Origin: Hydrurus foetidus
Taxonomy: Eukaryota
Direction: 5' to 3'
NCBI GenBank assembly: GCA_900617105.1
Contig: UYFQ01000001.1
Location: 2,046,001-2,110,000, forward strand
DNA: 64,000 nt
Shown here: positions 1 through 10,402 of the stretch, piece after piece
How positions within the stretch are numbered: the stretch's first letter is position 1
Layout of the letters: each line of letters opens with the position of its first letter
Translations under genes and position numbers: made by a program
Notes under the pieces: generated by a model
What the model was told of the DNA's origin: nothing
Seen by the model: the letters and a program-made list of their open reading frames with translations, nothing else
Databases searched by the model: none

Positions 1-744
1 AACAAAGTCGGACACGATGCTGGGCTTGTCCCACACCCTGAAGCGCGTGCTGCGCACAGCGGCAAACATATCGGGCGCGCAAGTTTCAACAGCCAGCAAC
101 AGCGACTTGAGCATGGGCCGCGGTGCGTGCGCAAAGGTACGTGGCGTGTGGTGGTAGCTTTCCTCGCGGCCCGGCGCACTGGCGTGGTCAGCCAGCCATT
201 GCCGGGATAAGCGGCAGCCGTTTTCAAGCGAAGTTGCCTCTGCCAGCAGCGGTTCGCCGACCACGGGCGCGTCGTCAGACCACGCAGTAAACACACCGCC
301 CGGCCAAAACCAGTCGTCAACGTCTACCGGCGCGCTAAAAAACACGTCGTCGTTAAAGTAAAAGTAACGCTCAGACAGGCCCGCAATTCTGTGAATGTAC
401 GACTCGATGTTGCCCGAATCAAAGGTCGGCAACGACCCTGCCGGTATCAAGTCGCGGTGGTCAACAACGGTTATGCCACTGGTTGTTGCCAGCCAGGCCG
501 GCGTTTGATTGTCTGTAACGATGTACACATGACCATGGTCAGGAAAGTACTTTTCAAGGGCGCGCAAGCTGTAGCGCAACTCGTCGTTGTCACGAAACCG
601 GCCTTCCACATTTCCGTAAACCGCCATGCTGCTCAGGGAACACGCGGTAAGCGTTTGCGCGGCGCGCTGCCTTTTGACTCGCCATTGCGGATCATTGCCG
701 TCTACCCAAAGGTAAACAATATCAATTTTATTTTGTGCTGACAT
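1..744 (-). CDS. Stealth family protein (capsular polysaccharide hexose-1-phosphotransferase-like), 3' end runs off the window
   Basis: Manual minus-strand translation from ATG at 744: MSAQNKIDIVYLWVDGND (CR1), RFRDNDELRYSLRALEKYFP, FDSGNIESYIHRIAGLSERYFYFNDDVFF (CR2). Not in the ORF track because it has no stop in the window. Confidence 0.9.
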   Translation of the reverse strand, partial: MSAQNKIDIVYLWVDGNDPQWRVKRQRAAQTLTACSLSSMAVYGNVEGRFRDNDELRYSLRALEKYFPDHGHVYIVTDNQTPAWLATTSGITVVDHRDLIPAGSLPTFDSGNIESYIHRIAGLSERYFYFNDDVFFSAPVDVDDWFWPGGVFTAWSDDAPVVGEPLLAEATSLENGCRLSRQWLADHASAPGREESYHHTPRTFAHAPRPMLKSLLLAVETCAPDMFAAVRSTRFRVWDKPSIVSDFV

Positions 745-986
745 GAAAAATGACTACGCTTTCGGTAGGGTGCGTCCGAACCGGTGACAAAGCGAATTAA
801 ATAGTGTTAATTGAATCGAAAACCCACTATTTTATCGTGACGGCGTTATTACCGCTGAGTGAGCAAAAGCGGCTACCCCGGTAGCATCACCCGTCTACGG
901 TTCAAGATAAGCCTGCTTAGCCTGAAAAGGGCTGACTTAACATGGCAGGCGAGAGTAGTCGCCCACATCCGCCTAATTCATCGGAC

Positions 987-1265
987 ATGTTGAACCCACC
1001 GCCCACCGTACCTCCGCCATCTGATCAGCAAATTGAGTCCGCGCTGCTGGCATTCGTTGCCGAGCGCGGCCACAGTGCCAGCGCCTGCCCATCGGAGGTG
1101 GCGCGCCAGCTGCGGCCTGAAAGCTGGCGTGAATTAATGCCGAGCATCAGGCGGGTTGCGTCGGAACTTGCTAAACACCGACGCCTGGAAATTACCCAGC
1201 GCGGCTTGAAAATATTGCCAAACGAACCCTTTAAAGGCCCGATTCGAATCCGCATGGCGAAATGA
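987..1265 (+). CDS. DUF3253 domain protein
   Basis: SACPSEVAR...WRELMP...LEITQRG...KGPIRIR pattern typical of DUF3253. Start could be 942 or 987. Confidence 0.75.
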   Translation: MLNPPPTVPPPSDQQIESALLAFVAERGHSASACPSEVARQLRPESWRELMPSIRRVASELAKHRRLEITQRGLKILPNEPFKGPIRIRMAK

Positions 1266-1467
1266 AGTCGAGACAATTGATTACAAAGTATTAGTCAATT
1301 TGGGGGATATACGAGCGGCGTACTTTGCAATACACTTTTTTAGCAATTAACCGGGTTGCATTCATGAACGTTTACGCCGTGAAGGCCCCTTAAACGTCAC
1401 TTAATCGCTCCTCAAACGTCCAGTTAACGTGCTGTAGGCCAAAAGCCCCCGCTTTCACGCCACATTC

Positions 1468-2544
1468 ATGCCTCGACTGTTTGATTTACCTACTGACTTA
1501 GCTTCAGAAGTGCCTGCGCTCCGCTTGGGGCTGGCTGGTTTTAATGAAATGCAATGCAAAGCGATCACTTGCATGCTGGCCAAGCCCGTAGTCGGCCTTT
1601 GCGCTTGGCAGATCAGTCCGCTGCAACTCGCTGATGGTTGGCTGCTGTGCGGCGAGAAAAGTGCGCCCACCACTGATACGCATCAAGACGCGCTGCGCGT
1701 CGCAGCCGGTTTGCCGGGCGATGACTCCCTGATACTTAATTTGAGTGAGGTTACCCGGCCGCTGGCTTTTTCGCTGCCACTGGCAAGCACGGACATTGAA
1801 GCGCGCCTTACCTTTAGCACCCAGTCGGAGTCCAGCCTTTATGAGGTGCTGTCTGCTTTTGAGCAGTGGCTGACCCCGCTGCGTTCAAAGTTTGTGCTGG
1901 GCTCGCAGTTGATGGAGCGCGAATCACAACTCAAGTGCATCGTCTATCACGTGTCGTGCAGAGGGCAGTTGCTGGCCATTCTCGATTTTTCCGAGTGGCG
2001 AATTGGCTTGCTGCCCGACGCCACGTCTGAACAATTCGAAAAAGCCGTTTGGGAAAAGCGACCCCCCCAAGCCAACGCAATGCCAGCCCACTTTGTGCAA
2101 AGCAGCGTCGAACAGCTGCGCTGGGTTTATGCCCAACACACCCAGCGCGATGCATTGCCGCTGCGCTACCAACTCCAGCCGATTTACTTTGCGCAAACGC
2201 CCAACGTGCCGCAAACCTGGCTGGAGCCAGCGCAATTGCTGCTGCTAAGGGAGCTTTCCATCAGGCCCGCCACGCTGCAAGAGTTAACCCAGCGCACCTT
2301 GATGACCGTGCCTGAACTCAACAGACATCTGGCTTGCTTGTACTTTGCGGGCAGCCTGACAACGACGCCAGAAAAAGCCGCGACCCGCGCCTTCAGCGAA
2401 GCCGCGTTAGCGGCAGTGGCACCGCGGCGGGTCCCACGCCCCGACCGCACGGCGCCCACTATTTTTAATTCAACCTTGCCGCCCGAAACAGCCGAAGCGC
2501 ACGACCAGGACAGAATCGCGCCTGCTGGGCTTCAGCGTCACTAG
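1468..2544 (+). CDS. Hypothetical protein, possible C-terminal winged-helix-like segment
   Basis: 358-aa ORF with plausible composition. No family recognised with confidence. Confidence 0.65.
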   Translation: MPRLFDLPTDLASEVPALRLGLAGFNEMQCKAITCMLAKPVVGLCAWQISPLQLADGWLLCGEKSAPTTDTHQDALRVAAGLPGDDSLILNLSEVTRPLAFSLPLASTDIEARLTFSTQSESSLYEVLSAFEQWLTPLRSKFVLGSQLMERESQLKCIVYHVSCRGQLLAILDFSEWRIGLLPDATSEQFEKAVWEKRPPQANAMPAHFVQSSVEQLRWVYAQHTQRDALPLRYQLQPIYFAQTPNVPQTWLEPAQLLLLRELSIRPATLQELTQRTLMTVPELNRHLACLYFAGSLTTTPEKAATRAFSEAALAAVAPRRVPRPDRTAPTIFNSTLPPETAEAHDQDRIAPAGLQRH

Positions 2545-2615
2545 GCCAGGCGCTATCAAGTCAAGCGCTATTGAGTCAAGCGCAGCAAGATCGCTCAACT
2601 AAGCGAGCTTGGATT

Positions 2616-2656
2616 GCTATTAATAAATGAGCTGTTCGCACCCTGATTTATTGGCC
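2616..2656 (+). repeat. 41-bp bipartite-dyad element, copy 1 (degenerate)
   Basis: GCTA-TTAATAAAT-GAGC-TGTTCGC-ACCC-TGATTTATT-GGCC, followed by phased A-tracts to ~2692. Lies between convergent genes. Confidence 0.75.
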
Positions 2657-2694
2657 AAAACACCAAAAAGGCAGTCGAAAATCGCCTTAAAAGG

Positions 2695-5076
2695 CTATTC
2701 AACCCTGGTCACAGCGGTGGGTTTGAATCCCAAGTCCGATGCTTTGCCTTTGCGCGCTCTGGCGGCTCTGGCGTTGTTCAGGCTGCGAATTTCGAGCGTT
2801 TCGTCGCGGGCTTTTCCGCCGCGACCCATGCCGTCAATACGCACACTTCGGGTGTAGGCCGCAGCACCGGCCAGCGCGTCTTTAGCGTCGAGGTCGATCA
2901 GCATCAAGCCGCGCCCACCGCCTGTCATTTGTTTAAGCTCTGAAATTTCGAAGGTCAGGATTCGACCGCCGGTCGAAGCGCAGGCCACGTGGGTGGCCGG
3001 GCTTAAAGGCGTTCCGCCTGACGTGCCAGATGCATGTGAGGGCTTGCAAACCGTCTCGCCTTCAGCGCAGCTAATAAACGCTTTGCCCGCTTTAGGCCGG
3101 GACGTCATTGCCTCCACACTGGCTAAAAACCCGTAGCCGCCGCTGCTGGATAAAAGCAGCGTGGCGCTCGCCGGGCCAGCGAAATAATGCAGGGGCTGCG
3201 TGCCGGATTCCAGCTCAATCAATGTCGTGACCGGCTGGCCGTCACCGCGCGCGCCAGGCAGCAGCGACACCGCTACTGAGTACACGCGCCCCACGCAGTT
3301 TCCAGATGAAGCTTTAGCGGCACTACCAAACACCAGCAACGTATCAACGGTGCGGCATTCAAAGCAGCCGTACAAGCCGTCGCCTTCTTTGAAAGCAAAG
3401 CTGGCTGCCTCATGGCCATGGCCTGTACGGGCCCGAATCCAGCCTTTGCTGCTGACCACGACGGTGACGGGCTCGTCAAGTACCTTGACTTCAAGCACGG
3501 CTTTTTTATCGGCCTGAATGAGTGTGCGGCGGGCATCACCAAACTGCTTGGCGTCCGCTTCAATTTCTTTAACCATCAAGCGCTTAAGCGCCGCTGGGCT
3601 ACCTAAAATTTCTTCCAACCGGCCCTGCTCTTCACGCAGGGTTTTGAGCTCTTGCTCAATCTTGATGGCTTCAAGCCGCGCGAGCTGGCGCAGGCGAATT
3701 TCCAGAATATCTTCAGCCTGCAAGTCGCTGAGCTTGAAGCGTTCAATCAACGCGGCCTTAGGCTCGTCTGACTGGCGAATGATCGCAATCACCTCGTCGA
3801 TGTTGAGCAGCACCAGTGCGCGCCCTTCGAGAATGTGAATGCGGGCCAACACCTTGTCGAGCCGATACTGCGAACGCCGGGCAATGGTGGTTTGCCTGAA
3901 TTCAATCCACTCCACCAGCATCTGCCTCAGTGATTTTTGTGCGGGGCGGCCGTCAAGGCCAATCATGGTGAGATTGATCGGCGACGAACTCTCCAGGCTG
4001 GTGTGGGCCAGCAGCGTGGTGATGAGTTCAGTTTGCCCAATGCGGCTGGTTTTGGGCTCAGCCACCAGGCGCACTGCCGCTTCTTTGCCCGACTCGTCGC
4101 GCACCACATCGAGCACGCCAAGCAGCGTTTGCTTGAGCTGAAGTTGCTCAGTGCTCAGCGCCTTTTTACCCGCTCGAATTTTGGGGTTGGTGAGCTCTTC
4201 GATTTCTTCCAGCACTTTTTGCGTGCTGACGCCGATTGGCAATTCAGTCACCACCAGCTGCCACTGGCCGCGAGCCATGTCTTCAATCTTCCAGCGGGCA
4301 CGCACTTTCAGCGAGCCGCGACCCGTGCCATAAGCCGCAGCAATCTCAGCGGCACTTGAAATAATTTGCGCACCGCCGGGGTAATCAGGCCCGGCGACGA
4401 TGGTGTACAGCTCTTCGTCTGCCAGCTTGGGCGATTTGATCAGCGCAATGCAGGCATCGGCAATTTCGCGCAGGTTGTGGCTCGGAATTTCAGTAGCCAA
4501 GCCGACCGCAATGCCGCTGGCGCCGTTGAGCAGAGAAAACGGCAGCCGCGCAGGCAGCTGGCGCGGCTCTTCAAATGAACCGTCATAGTTAGGTATGAAG
4601 TCGACCGTGCCTTCGTCCAGTTCGTCGAGCAGCAAACTCGTGATGCGGGCCAGCCGCGTTTCGGTGTAGCGCATGGCGGCTGCGCTGTCGCCGTCGCGCG
4701 AGCCAAAGTTGCCTTGCCCATCGACCAGCGGGTAGCGCTGGTTAAAGTCTTGCGCCATGCGCACCATCGCGTCGTAGGCGGCCGTGTCGCCGTGCGGGTG
4801 GTACTTGCCCAGCACATCGCCGACCACACGGGCGCTTTTAACTGGCTTGGCGCCGCTGTTGCCATTGGCGCCGCCAAAGCCCAAGCCCATGCGCGACATG
4901 CTGTACAAAATACGCCGCTGCACCGGTTTTTGGCCGTCACAGGCATCGGGTAGTGCGCGGCCCTTAACGACGCTGAGCGCATATTCAAGGTAAGCCCGTT
5001 GGGCGTAACTAGACAGGCTGTCGGAATTAGCAGATTCGGGCGCTGCGGGTGCAGCGTCAGGCGTAAAAAGATCCAT
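2695..5076 (-). CDS. parC: DNA topoisomerase IV subunit A
   Basis: [41 protein letters not shown] motifs; linked to parE. Confidence 0.97.
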   Translation of the reverse strand: MDLFTPDAAPAAPESANSDSLSSYAQRAYLEYALSVVKGRALPDACDGQKPVQRRILYSMSRMGLGFGGANGNSGAKPVKSARVVGDVLGKYHPHGDTAAYDAMVRMAQDFNQRYPLVDGQGNFGSRDGDSAAAMRYTETRLARITSLLLDELDEGTVDFIPNYDGSFEEPRQLPARLPFSLLNGASGIAVGLATEIPSHNLREIADACIALIKSPKLADEELYTIVAGPDYPGGAQIISSAAEIAAAYGTGRGSLKVRARWKIEDMARGQWQLVVTELPIGVSTQKVLEEIEELTNPKIRAGKKALSTEQLQLKQTLLGVLDVVRDESGKEAAVRLVAEPKTSRIGQTELITTLLAHTSLESSSPINLTMIGLDGRPAQKSLRQMLVEWIEFRQTTIARRSQYRLDKVLARIHILEGRALVLLNIDEVIAIIRQSDEPKAALIERFKLSDLQAEDILEIRLRQLARLEAIKIEQELKTLREEQGRLEEILGSPAALKRLMVKEIEADAKQFGDARRTLIQADKKAVLEVKVLDEPVTVVVSSKGWIRARTGHGHEAASFAFKEGDGLYGCFECRTVDTLLVFGSAAKASSGNCVGRVYSVAVSLLPGARGDGQPVTTLIELESGTQPLHYFAGPASATLLLSSSGGYGFLASVEAMTSRPKAGKAFISCAEGETVCKPSHASGTSGGTPLSPATHVACASTGGRILTFEISELKQMTGGGRGLMLIDLDAKDALAGAAAYTRSVRIDGMGRGGKARDETLEIRSLNNARAARARKGKASDLGFKPTAVTRVE

Positions 5077-5173
5077 GGATAGTTAGCGATTAAAAGTAAC
5101 GCGCGCCGCGCGAAAAAAAGTCAAAGAAATCACAGCTGCAAAGGCAGAGGAAAAGAAAAAAGCAAAGCCAGGG

Positions 5174-6037
5174 CTAGTCAAGCACGGCGGGTGCTGCAGC
5201 AACCGCGGTAGGCATGGTCACCAACGCCGGCACCATGTTGTTTCGCCCTTGCGTGCCGCCCATCATTTCCATTCGCACGCGGCCGCTTTTTCTTGCGTCC
5301 ACTACAGCGCTGGGCGGTTTTAAATGCGCGTACATCTGCATGACTGTTTTGACGTAATTTTTGGTCTCGGGGTAGTTCGGCACTTTGTTGCCTGCACGCT
5401 GCACAGCGCCTTCGCCGGCGTTGTAGGCCGCTACTGCCAGCTCCAGTTGGCCCGGAAACAGTTTGATCAAGTCCCGCAGGTAGGTTGATCCGGCGCGAAT
5501 ATTCGTTTTCGGGTCAGTGAGCTTTTGCGCCAGCGGCGTTTTTTTGTCGGCCTTAACGCCGTAGCGCTCTGCGGTTTGCGGCATCAGTTGCATCAAGCCG
5601 ACCGCGCCTTTGGGCGACACCGCGTGCGTGTCAAAACCGGACTCAGCAGCAATCAGCGCTTGCAGCAGTTCGTAGTCAATACCGTGTTGCACCGAGGCGT
5701 CTTTGATCAAATGCTTGACAGCTTTGTAGCCGGGCGACACATCAAAAAACGCGAGCAACTTGGTTTGCGAACGGCCACCGCCTGTGGCAGGCAGGTTGCC
5801 CCGCGCTGTGGGCACAGGCGCTGCGTCGGTGCCCACACCCGCCGCAAAACTTTCGCCACTTTTAAAAAACAGCTGGTAGCGCTCGTCGAGCTTTTCAGTT
5901 GAAAAATGCGCAACGCCCTGCCCGTCAACATAGCCCCAAACGTCGGCAAATGCGGGCGAGCATGCAAGCACAACAGCCAACATACATAGCCATTTAGCGA
6001 TGTATTTGAAGGCCTGACGCGCAACGGCCAACATCAA
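5174..6037 (-). CDS. Lytic transglycosylase (SLT domain) with signal peptide
   Basis: AESGF, SPKGAVGLMQLMP, AAYNAGEG, YPETKNYV motifs. Confidence 0.92.
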   Translation of the reverse strand: MMLAVARQAFKYIAKWLCMLAVVLACSPAFADVWGYVDGQGVAHFSTEKLDERYQLFFKSGESFAAGVGTDAAPVPTARGNLPATGGGRSQTKLLAFFDVSPGYKAVKHLIKDASVQHGIDYELLQALIAAESGFDTHAVSPKGAVGLMQLMPQTAERYGVKADKKTPLAQKLTDPKTNIRAGSTYLRDLIKLFPGQLELAVAAYNAGEGAVQRAGNKVPNYPETKNYVKTVMQMYAHLKPPSAVVDARKSGRVRMEMMGGTQGRNNMVPALVTMPTAVAAAPAVLD

Positions 6038-8013
6038 ACGTCCACCTCAACCGCGTCGCCGTGCAGCTCCATCAGCTCACGGCGCGCAGCCGCTTCACCC
6101 TTGCCCATCAGCTTGGTGATCAAGCCCTCGGTTTGCTCAAAGCTCTGATTGCCTAGCTGCACCGGCAGCAGGCGACGAGTGTCGGGGTTAAGCGTGGTTT
6201 CCCACAATTGTTCGGCGTTCATTTCGCCCAAGCCTTTGAAGCGGCTGATGCTCCACGAGCCTTCGCGCACGCCTTCTTTGCGAAGCTTGTCCAAGATAGC
6301 GGTCAGCTCGCCGTCGTCAAGCGCATAGGCTTTTGACGCTGGTTTTTTTCCGCGCGCAGGCGCGTCGACCCTGAATAGCGGCGGGCGCGCCACGTACACA
6401 TGGCCAGCATCAATCAGCTTGGGAAAGTGCCTGAAAAACAGCGTGAGCAGCAGCACTTGAATGTGCGAGCCGTCTACATCAGCATCGCTCAAAATGCACA
6501 CTTTGCCGTAGCGCAAACCGCTTAAATCAGGCGTGTCGTTCGGCCCATGCGGGTCAACGCCAATCGCCACTGCAATGTCGTGAATTTCGGTATTGGCAAA
6601 CAGCCGGTCGCGCTCGACTTCCCACGTGTTGAGAACCTTGCCGCGCAGTGGCAATATCGCCTGGCTTTCCTTGTCGCGGCCCATTTTGGCGCTGCCGCCG
6701 GCTGAGTCGCCCTCAACCAAAAACACTTCGTTGTGCGCTAAATCTTTGCTTTCGCAATCGGTCAGCTTGCCCGGCAACACGGCCACGCCAGAGCCTTTGC
6801 GTTTTTCAACTTTTTGGCCTGCTTTTTGGCGGGTTTGCGCAGCGCGAATCGCCAGCTCGGCCAATTTTTTGCCGTAATCGACATGCTGGTTTAACCACAG
6901 CTCGAGCGCGGGCCGAACGTAGCTGGACACCAGCCGCACCGCGTCACGCGAGTTCAAGCGTTCCTTGATTTGTCCCTGAAATTGCGGGTCAAGCACCTTG
7001 GCGCTCAATACATAGCTAGCGCGTGCAAACACGTCTTCAGGCAGCAGCTTGACGCCTTTGGGCAGCAGGCTGTGCAATTCTATAAAGCTCTTGACCGCCG
7101 AGAACAAGCCATCGCGCAAGCCGCTTTCGTGCGTGCCGCCTGCGCTGGTCGGAATCAAATTAACGTAGCTCTCGCGTACTGGCTGGCCGTCTTCTGTAAA
7201 TGCTACGCACCAGTCGGCGCCCTCGCCTTCAGCAAAGGTTTCATGCTGCGCATCGGCAAAGCCTTTGCCTTCAAACATCGGAATAACCAAATCACCATTG
7301 AGCGTTTGCGCCAGGTAGTCGTGCAGCCCGCCTTTGTAAAGCCAGGTTTGCACGTCTTTGGTCTTCTCGGTTACCAACGTCACGCTCACGCCGGGCATCA
7401 GCACGGCCTTGCTGCGCAGCAAATGGGTCAGCTCGTTGATGGGCAGCGTCGAAGATTCAAAATACTTGGCGTCTGGCCACGCGCGTACGCTGGTGCCTGA
7501 CTTGCGGTCATCGCCAGTAGCCTTGCGCACTGCCAGCGGCTCAATCACGTCGCCGCCCGAAAACACCAGCGCTGCCGCCATGCCGTCGCGGTAAGACGTG
7601 ACTTCCAGCCGTTTTGACAGCGCGTTGGTCACACTGACGCCCACGCCGTGCAAGCCGCCTGAAAAGCTGTACGCGCCGCCCTTGCCTTTGTCGAACTTGC
7701 CGCCTGCGTGCAGCCGGGTAAAGACCAGCTCTACTACAGGCGCTTTTTCTTCGGGGTGCAGGCCATACGGTATGCCGCGCCCATCGTCATCAACGCTGAC
7801 CGAACCATCGGTGTGCAGGGTGACTTTGAGCTTTTTGCCGAAACCCGCCAGCGCCTCGTCAGCCGAGTTGTCGAGCACTTCCTGAATGATGTGCAGCGGG
7901 TTGTCGGTACGCGTGTACATGCCGGGCCGCTGTTTGACGGGCTCAAGCCCCTTGAGCACGCGAATCGAGCTTTCGGAATATTCGGGGATGGATAGAGGAA
8001 GTTTTGCGGCCAT
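6034..8013 (-). CDS. parE: DNA topoisomerase IV subunit B
   Basis: EVLDNSADE, GGLHGVGVSV, VEGDSAGGS, PLRGK, DADVDGSHI, RFKGLGEM motifs. Confidence 0.97.
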   Translation of the reverse strand: MAAKLPLSIPEYSESSIRVLKGLEPVKQRPGMYTRTDNPLHIIQEVLDNSADEALAGFGKKLKVTLHTDGSVSVDDDGRGIPYGLHPEEKAPVVELVFTRLHAGGKFDKGKGGAYSFSGGLHGVGVSVTNALSKRLEVTSYRDGMAAALVFSGGDVIEPLAVRKATGDDRKSGTSVRAWPDAKYFESSTLPINELTHLLRSKAVLMPGVSVTLVTEKTKDVQTWLYKGGLHDYLAQTLNGDLVIPMFEGKGFADAQHETFAEGEGADWCVAFTEDGQPVRESYVNLIPTSAGGTHESGLRDGLFSAVKSFIELHSLLPKGVKLLPEDVFARASYVLSAKVLDPQFQGQIKERLNSRDAVRLVSSYVRPALELWLNQHVDYGKKLAELAIRAAQTRQKAGQKVEKRKGSGVAVLPGKLTDCESKDLAHNEVFLVEGDSAGGSAKMGRDKESQAILPLRGKVLNTWEVERDRLFANTEIHDIAVAIGVDPHGPNDTPDLSGLRYGKVCILSDADVDGSHIQVLLLTLFFRHFPKLIDAGHVYVARPPLFRVDAPARGKKPASKAYALDDGELTAILDKLRKEGVREGSWSISRFKGLGEMNAEQLWETTLNPDTRRLLPVQLGNQSFEQTEGLITKLMGKGEAAARRELMELHGDAVEVDV

Positions 8014-8139
8014 GACGGATCGATAATTTCACAGAATTGTATGCGCGTAAACAAAACAAGCTGTATGAAACCACAGCAAAAGTATTTGATGGCAAATTGG
8101 CAAACCACAAGCCTGAGCGCAAGGCGGTAAAGTTACCCC

Positions 8140-9381
8140 ATGCACCAAAGCGCCATCAGCCCTTTAAAAACACTGTCCATGGCCCAGGTTTTAATCTGCG
8201 GGGCCGCCATCGTTACGCTGTCTATGGGCATTCGGCACGGCTTTGGCTTGTGGCTGCAGCCGATCACGCAAGCGCAGGGCTGGACGCGCGAGACGTTTGC
8301 GTTTGCCATTGCAATACAAAACTTGTCTTGGGGCGTGTTTGGCATTTTTGCGGGCATGGTGGCAGACCGATTTGGCGCGTTCAAGGTCATTGTGGTCGGC
8401 GCTTTGCTTTATGCGCTTGGCTTGGTCGGCATGGCGCTGTCGCCCACCGGGTTTTTATTCACGTTAACGGCGGGCGTGCTGATTGGCGCAGCGCAGGCAG
8501 GCACCACCTACGCCATCATCTACGGGGTAATTGGCCGCAACATATCAGCAGACAAACGCTCGTGGGCGATGGGCGTGGCGGCAGCTGCGGGCTCATTCGG
8601 GCAGTTTTTAATGGTGCCTATTGAGGGGTTTTTAATCAGCAATCTGGGCTGGCAGCAGGCGTTGCTGATTTTGGGCGGTGCGGTGCTGCTGATTGCGCCG
8701 CTGGCCATCGGCTTGCGCGAACTGGGTCTGGGTGCCGGGCAAATTGCAAAACGAGACCAAAGTATTTTTGATGCGTTTAAGGAAGCGTTTAAGTACCCGA
8801 GCTTTCAGCTGCTGATGGCGGGCTACTTTGTGTGTGGCTTTCAGGTGGTTTTTATTGGCGTGCACATGCCGAGTTACCTCAAAGACAAAGGCCTGTCGCC
8901 GCAGGTAGCGGGCTATGCGCTGGCTTTGATTGGATTGTTTAATGTGTTTGGCACCTATGCGGCTGGCACGCTGGGCCAGCGCATGGCGAAAAAGAACATT
9001 TTGGCGTTCATTTACTTTGCACGGGCTGTCGTTATCACCGTTTTTATCGCCGCGCCGATCAGCCCGGCCAGTGTGTATATTTTTGCCAGCGTGATGGGAT
9101 TTTTATGGCTGTCGACAGTGCCGCCCACCAATGCGGCGGTGGCGCAGATTTTTGGTGTGGCGCATTTGTCGATGCTGAGCGGGTTTGTATTTTTCAGCCA
9201 CCAGATTGGCTCGTTTTTAGGTGTGTGGCTGGGTGGCGTGCTGTACGACCGAACTGGCAGCTACGATGTGGTTTGGTACATCACCATTGCATTAGGCCTT
9301 GTGGCTGGGCTCCTCAATTTGCCTGTGAAGGAAGCGCCGATTCACCGCGCGCCGCTGGGTCAACCGTTGGTCAAGGTCTAA
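8140..9381 (+). CDS. MFS transporter
   Basis: About 12 hydrophobic segments; GMVADRFG motif A. Confidence 0.9.
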   Translation: MHQSAISPLKTLSMAQVLICGAAIVTLSMGIRHGFGLWLQPITQAQGWTRETFAFAIAIQNLSWGVFGIFAGMVADRFGAFKVIVVGALLYALGLVGMALSPTGFLFTLTAGVLIGAAQAGTTYAIIYGVIGRNISADKRSWAMGVAAAAGSFGQFLMVPIEGFLISNLGWQQALLILGGAVLLIAPLAIGLRELGLGAGQIAKRDQSIFDAFKEAFKYPSFQLLMAGYFVCGFQVVFIGVHMPSYLKDKGLSPQVAGYALALIGLFNVFGTYAAGTLGQRMAKKNILAFIYFARAVVITVFIAAPISPASVYIFASVMGFLWLSTVPPTNAAVAQIFGVAHLSMLSGFVFFSHQIGSFLGVWLGGVLYDRTGSYDVVWYITIALGLVAGLLNLPVKEAPIHRAPLGQPLVKV

Positions 9382-9385
9382 AACC

Positions 9386-9517
9386 ATGCAACGCCGAGTC
9401 GCTAAAACCGCCATCGTATGGACCGCTATCACGGCCGCGTTGCTAGGCGTGTTCGCGATGTACACCAAGCCTGAATTTTTGGTCACACTGGCTGACCAGC
9501 TGTGGGCCTGTTTTTAG
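9386..9517 (+). CDS. Small membrane protein (43 aa)
   Basis: MQRRVAKTAIVWTAITAALLGVFAMYTKPEFLVTLADQLWACF*. Starts 5 bp after the MFS stop, has one TM helix, and is below the ORF-track cutoff. Confidence 0.65.
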   Translation: MQRRVAKTAIVWTAITAALLGVFAMYTKPEFLVTLADQLWACF

Positions 9518-9556
9518 GCTTCTTTTGGTCAGATTTAAGCATTTTTTAGGCCTATA

Positions 9557-9597
9557 GCCTAACAAACACGGGCGCGAGCAGCTATGAAAATAATAGT
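9557..9597 (-). repeat. 41-bp element, copy 2 (overlaps SDR start codon)
   Basis: + strand GCCT-AACAAACAC-GGGC-GCGAGCA-GCTA-TGAAAATAA-TAGT, with phased T-tracts at 9511-9547. Confidence 0.9.
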
Positions 9598-10402
9598 AAT
9601 AGTAATTACAGGTGCGTCTGACGGCATTGGTGCAGAGATGGCGCGTCAGCTTGCCAAGCGCCACGGCGCTGGAGTTGCGCTGGTATTGGCGGCGCGCAAT
9701 GAGGCACGGCTGGCAGAAGTCGCTGGCCAATGCCAGGCTTTTGGCGCGCAAACCTTGGTGCTTCAAACCGATGTGTCGATCGATACCGCCTGCCGCGCGC
9801 TGATAGCGGCAACGGTGGCGAAATACGGTCAAATCGACGCGTTGATCAATAACGCCGGCATGTCTGCCCAGGCACTGTTTGAAGAAGTCAAAGCGGGCGA
9901 CTTGGCCTGGTACGAGCAACTGATGCGTATCAATTTATGGGGCAGCGTGTGGTGCACCCACGCCGCGCTGCCTTACCTCAAACAAAGCCGCGGCCGCATT
10001 GTGGCGGTGTCTAGCCTTGCCGGGCTGATTGGCGTGCCTGGGCGCACCGCCTACAGTGCCACCAAATTTGCCATGACTGGCTTTTTTGAAGCGCTGCGGG
10101 CCGAGCTAAAAACCGCTGGCGTCAGCGTGACCACCGCTTACCCCGGCGTGGTGGCCACGCAAATTCGCCACAACGGGTTCAATGCGGCGGGCAAAGCGGC
10201 AGGCGCCAGCGGCCTGAAAGAGGACAACGCCATGAGCATTGAAGAATGCGCCCAACTCATCTTGCAAGGCATGGACACACGCCAGCGCGAAGTCGTGATG
10301 ACCGCCAAAGGCAAGCTGGGCCGCTGGCTTAAATTGCTTGCCCCCGCGCGGGTTGAAGCGATGGCGTTGGCGGCGCTTAAAGACGAGGTCAAGCCGTCTT
10401 GA
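9584..10402 (+). CDS. SDR family oxidoreductase
   Basis: ITGASDGIG, NNAG and YSATK motifs. Confidence 0.93.
   Translation: MKIIVIVITGASDGIGAEMARQLAKRHGAGVALVLAARNEARLAEVAGQCQAFGAQTLVLQTDVSIDTACRALIAATVAKYGQIDALINNAGMSAQALFEEVKAGDLAWYEQLMRINLWGSVWCTHAALPYLKQSRGRIVAVSSLAGLIGVPGRTAYSATKFAMTGFFEALRAELKTAGVSVTTAYPGVVATQIRHNGFNAAGKAAGASGLKEDNAMSIEECAQLILQGMDTRQREVVMTAKGKLGRWLKLLAPARVEAMALAALKDEVKPS

Noticed and set aside
2550..2583. 15-bp tandem repeat GCGCTATyrAGTCAA x2.3
   Set aside because: It is too short and isolated, probably a slippage duplication.
5960..6015. Possible very degenerate 41-bp element in the SLT signal peptide (AFKYIAKWLCM)
   Set aside because: It is AT-rich and suggestive, but the central TGCTYGCGCCC is absent, so I cannot distinguish it from chance by eye.
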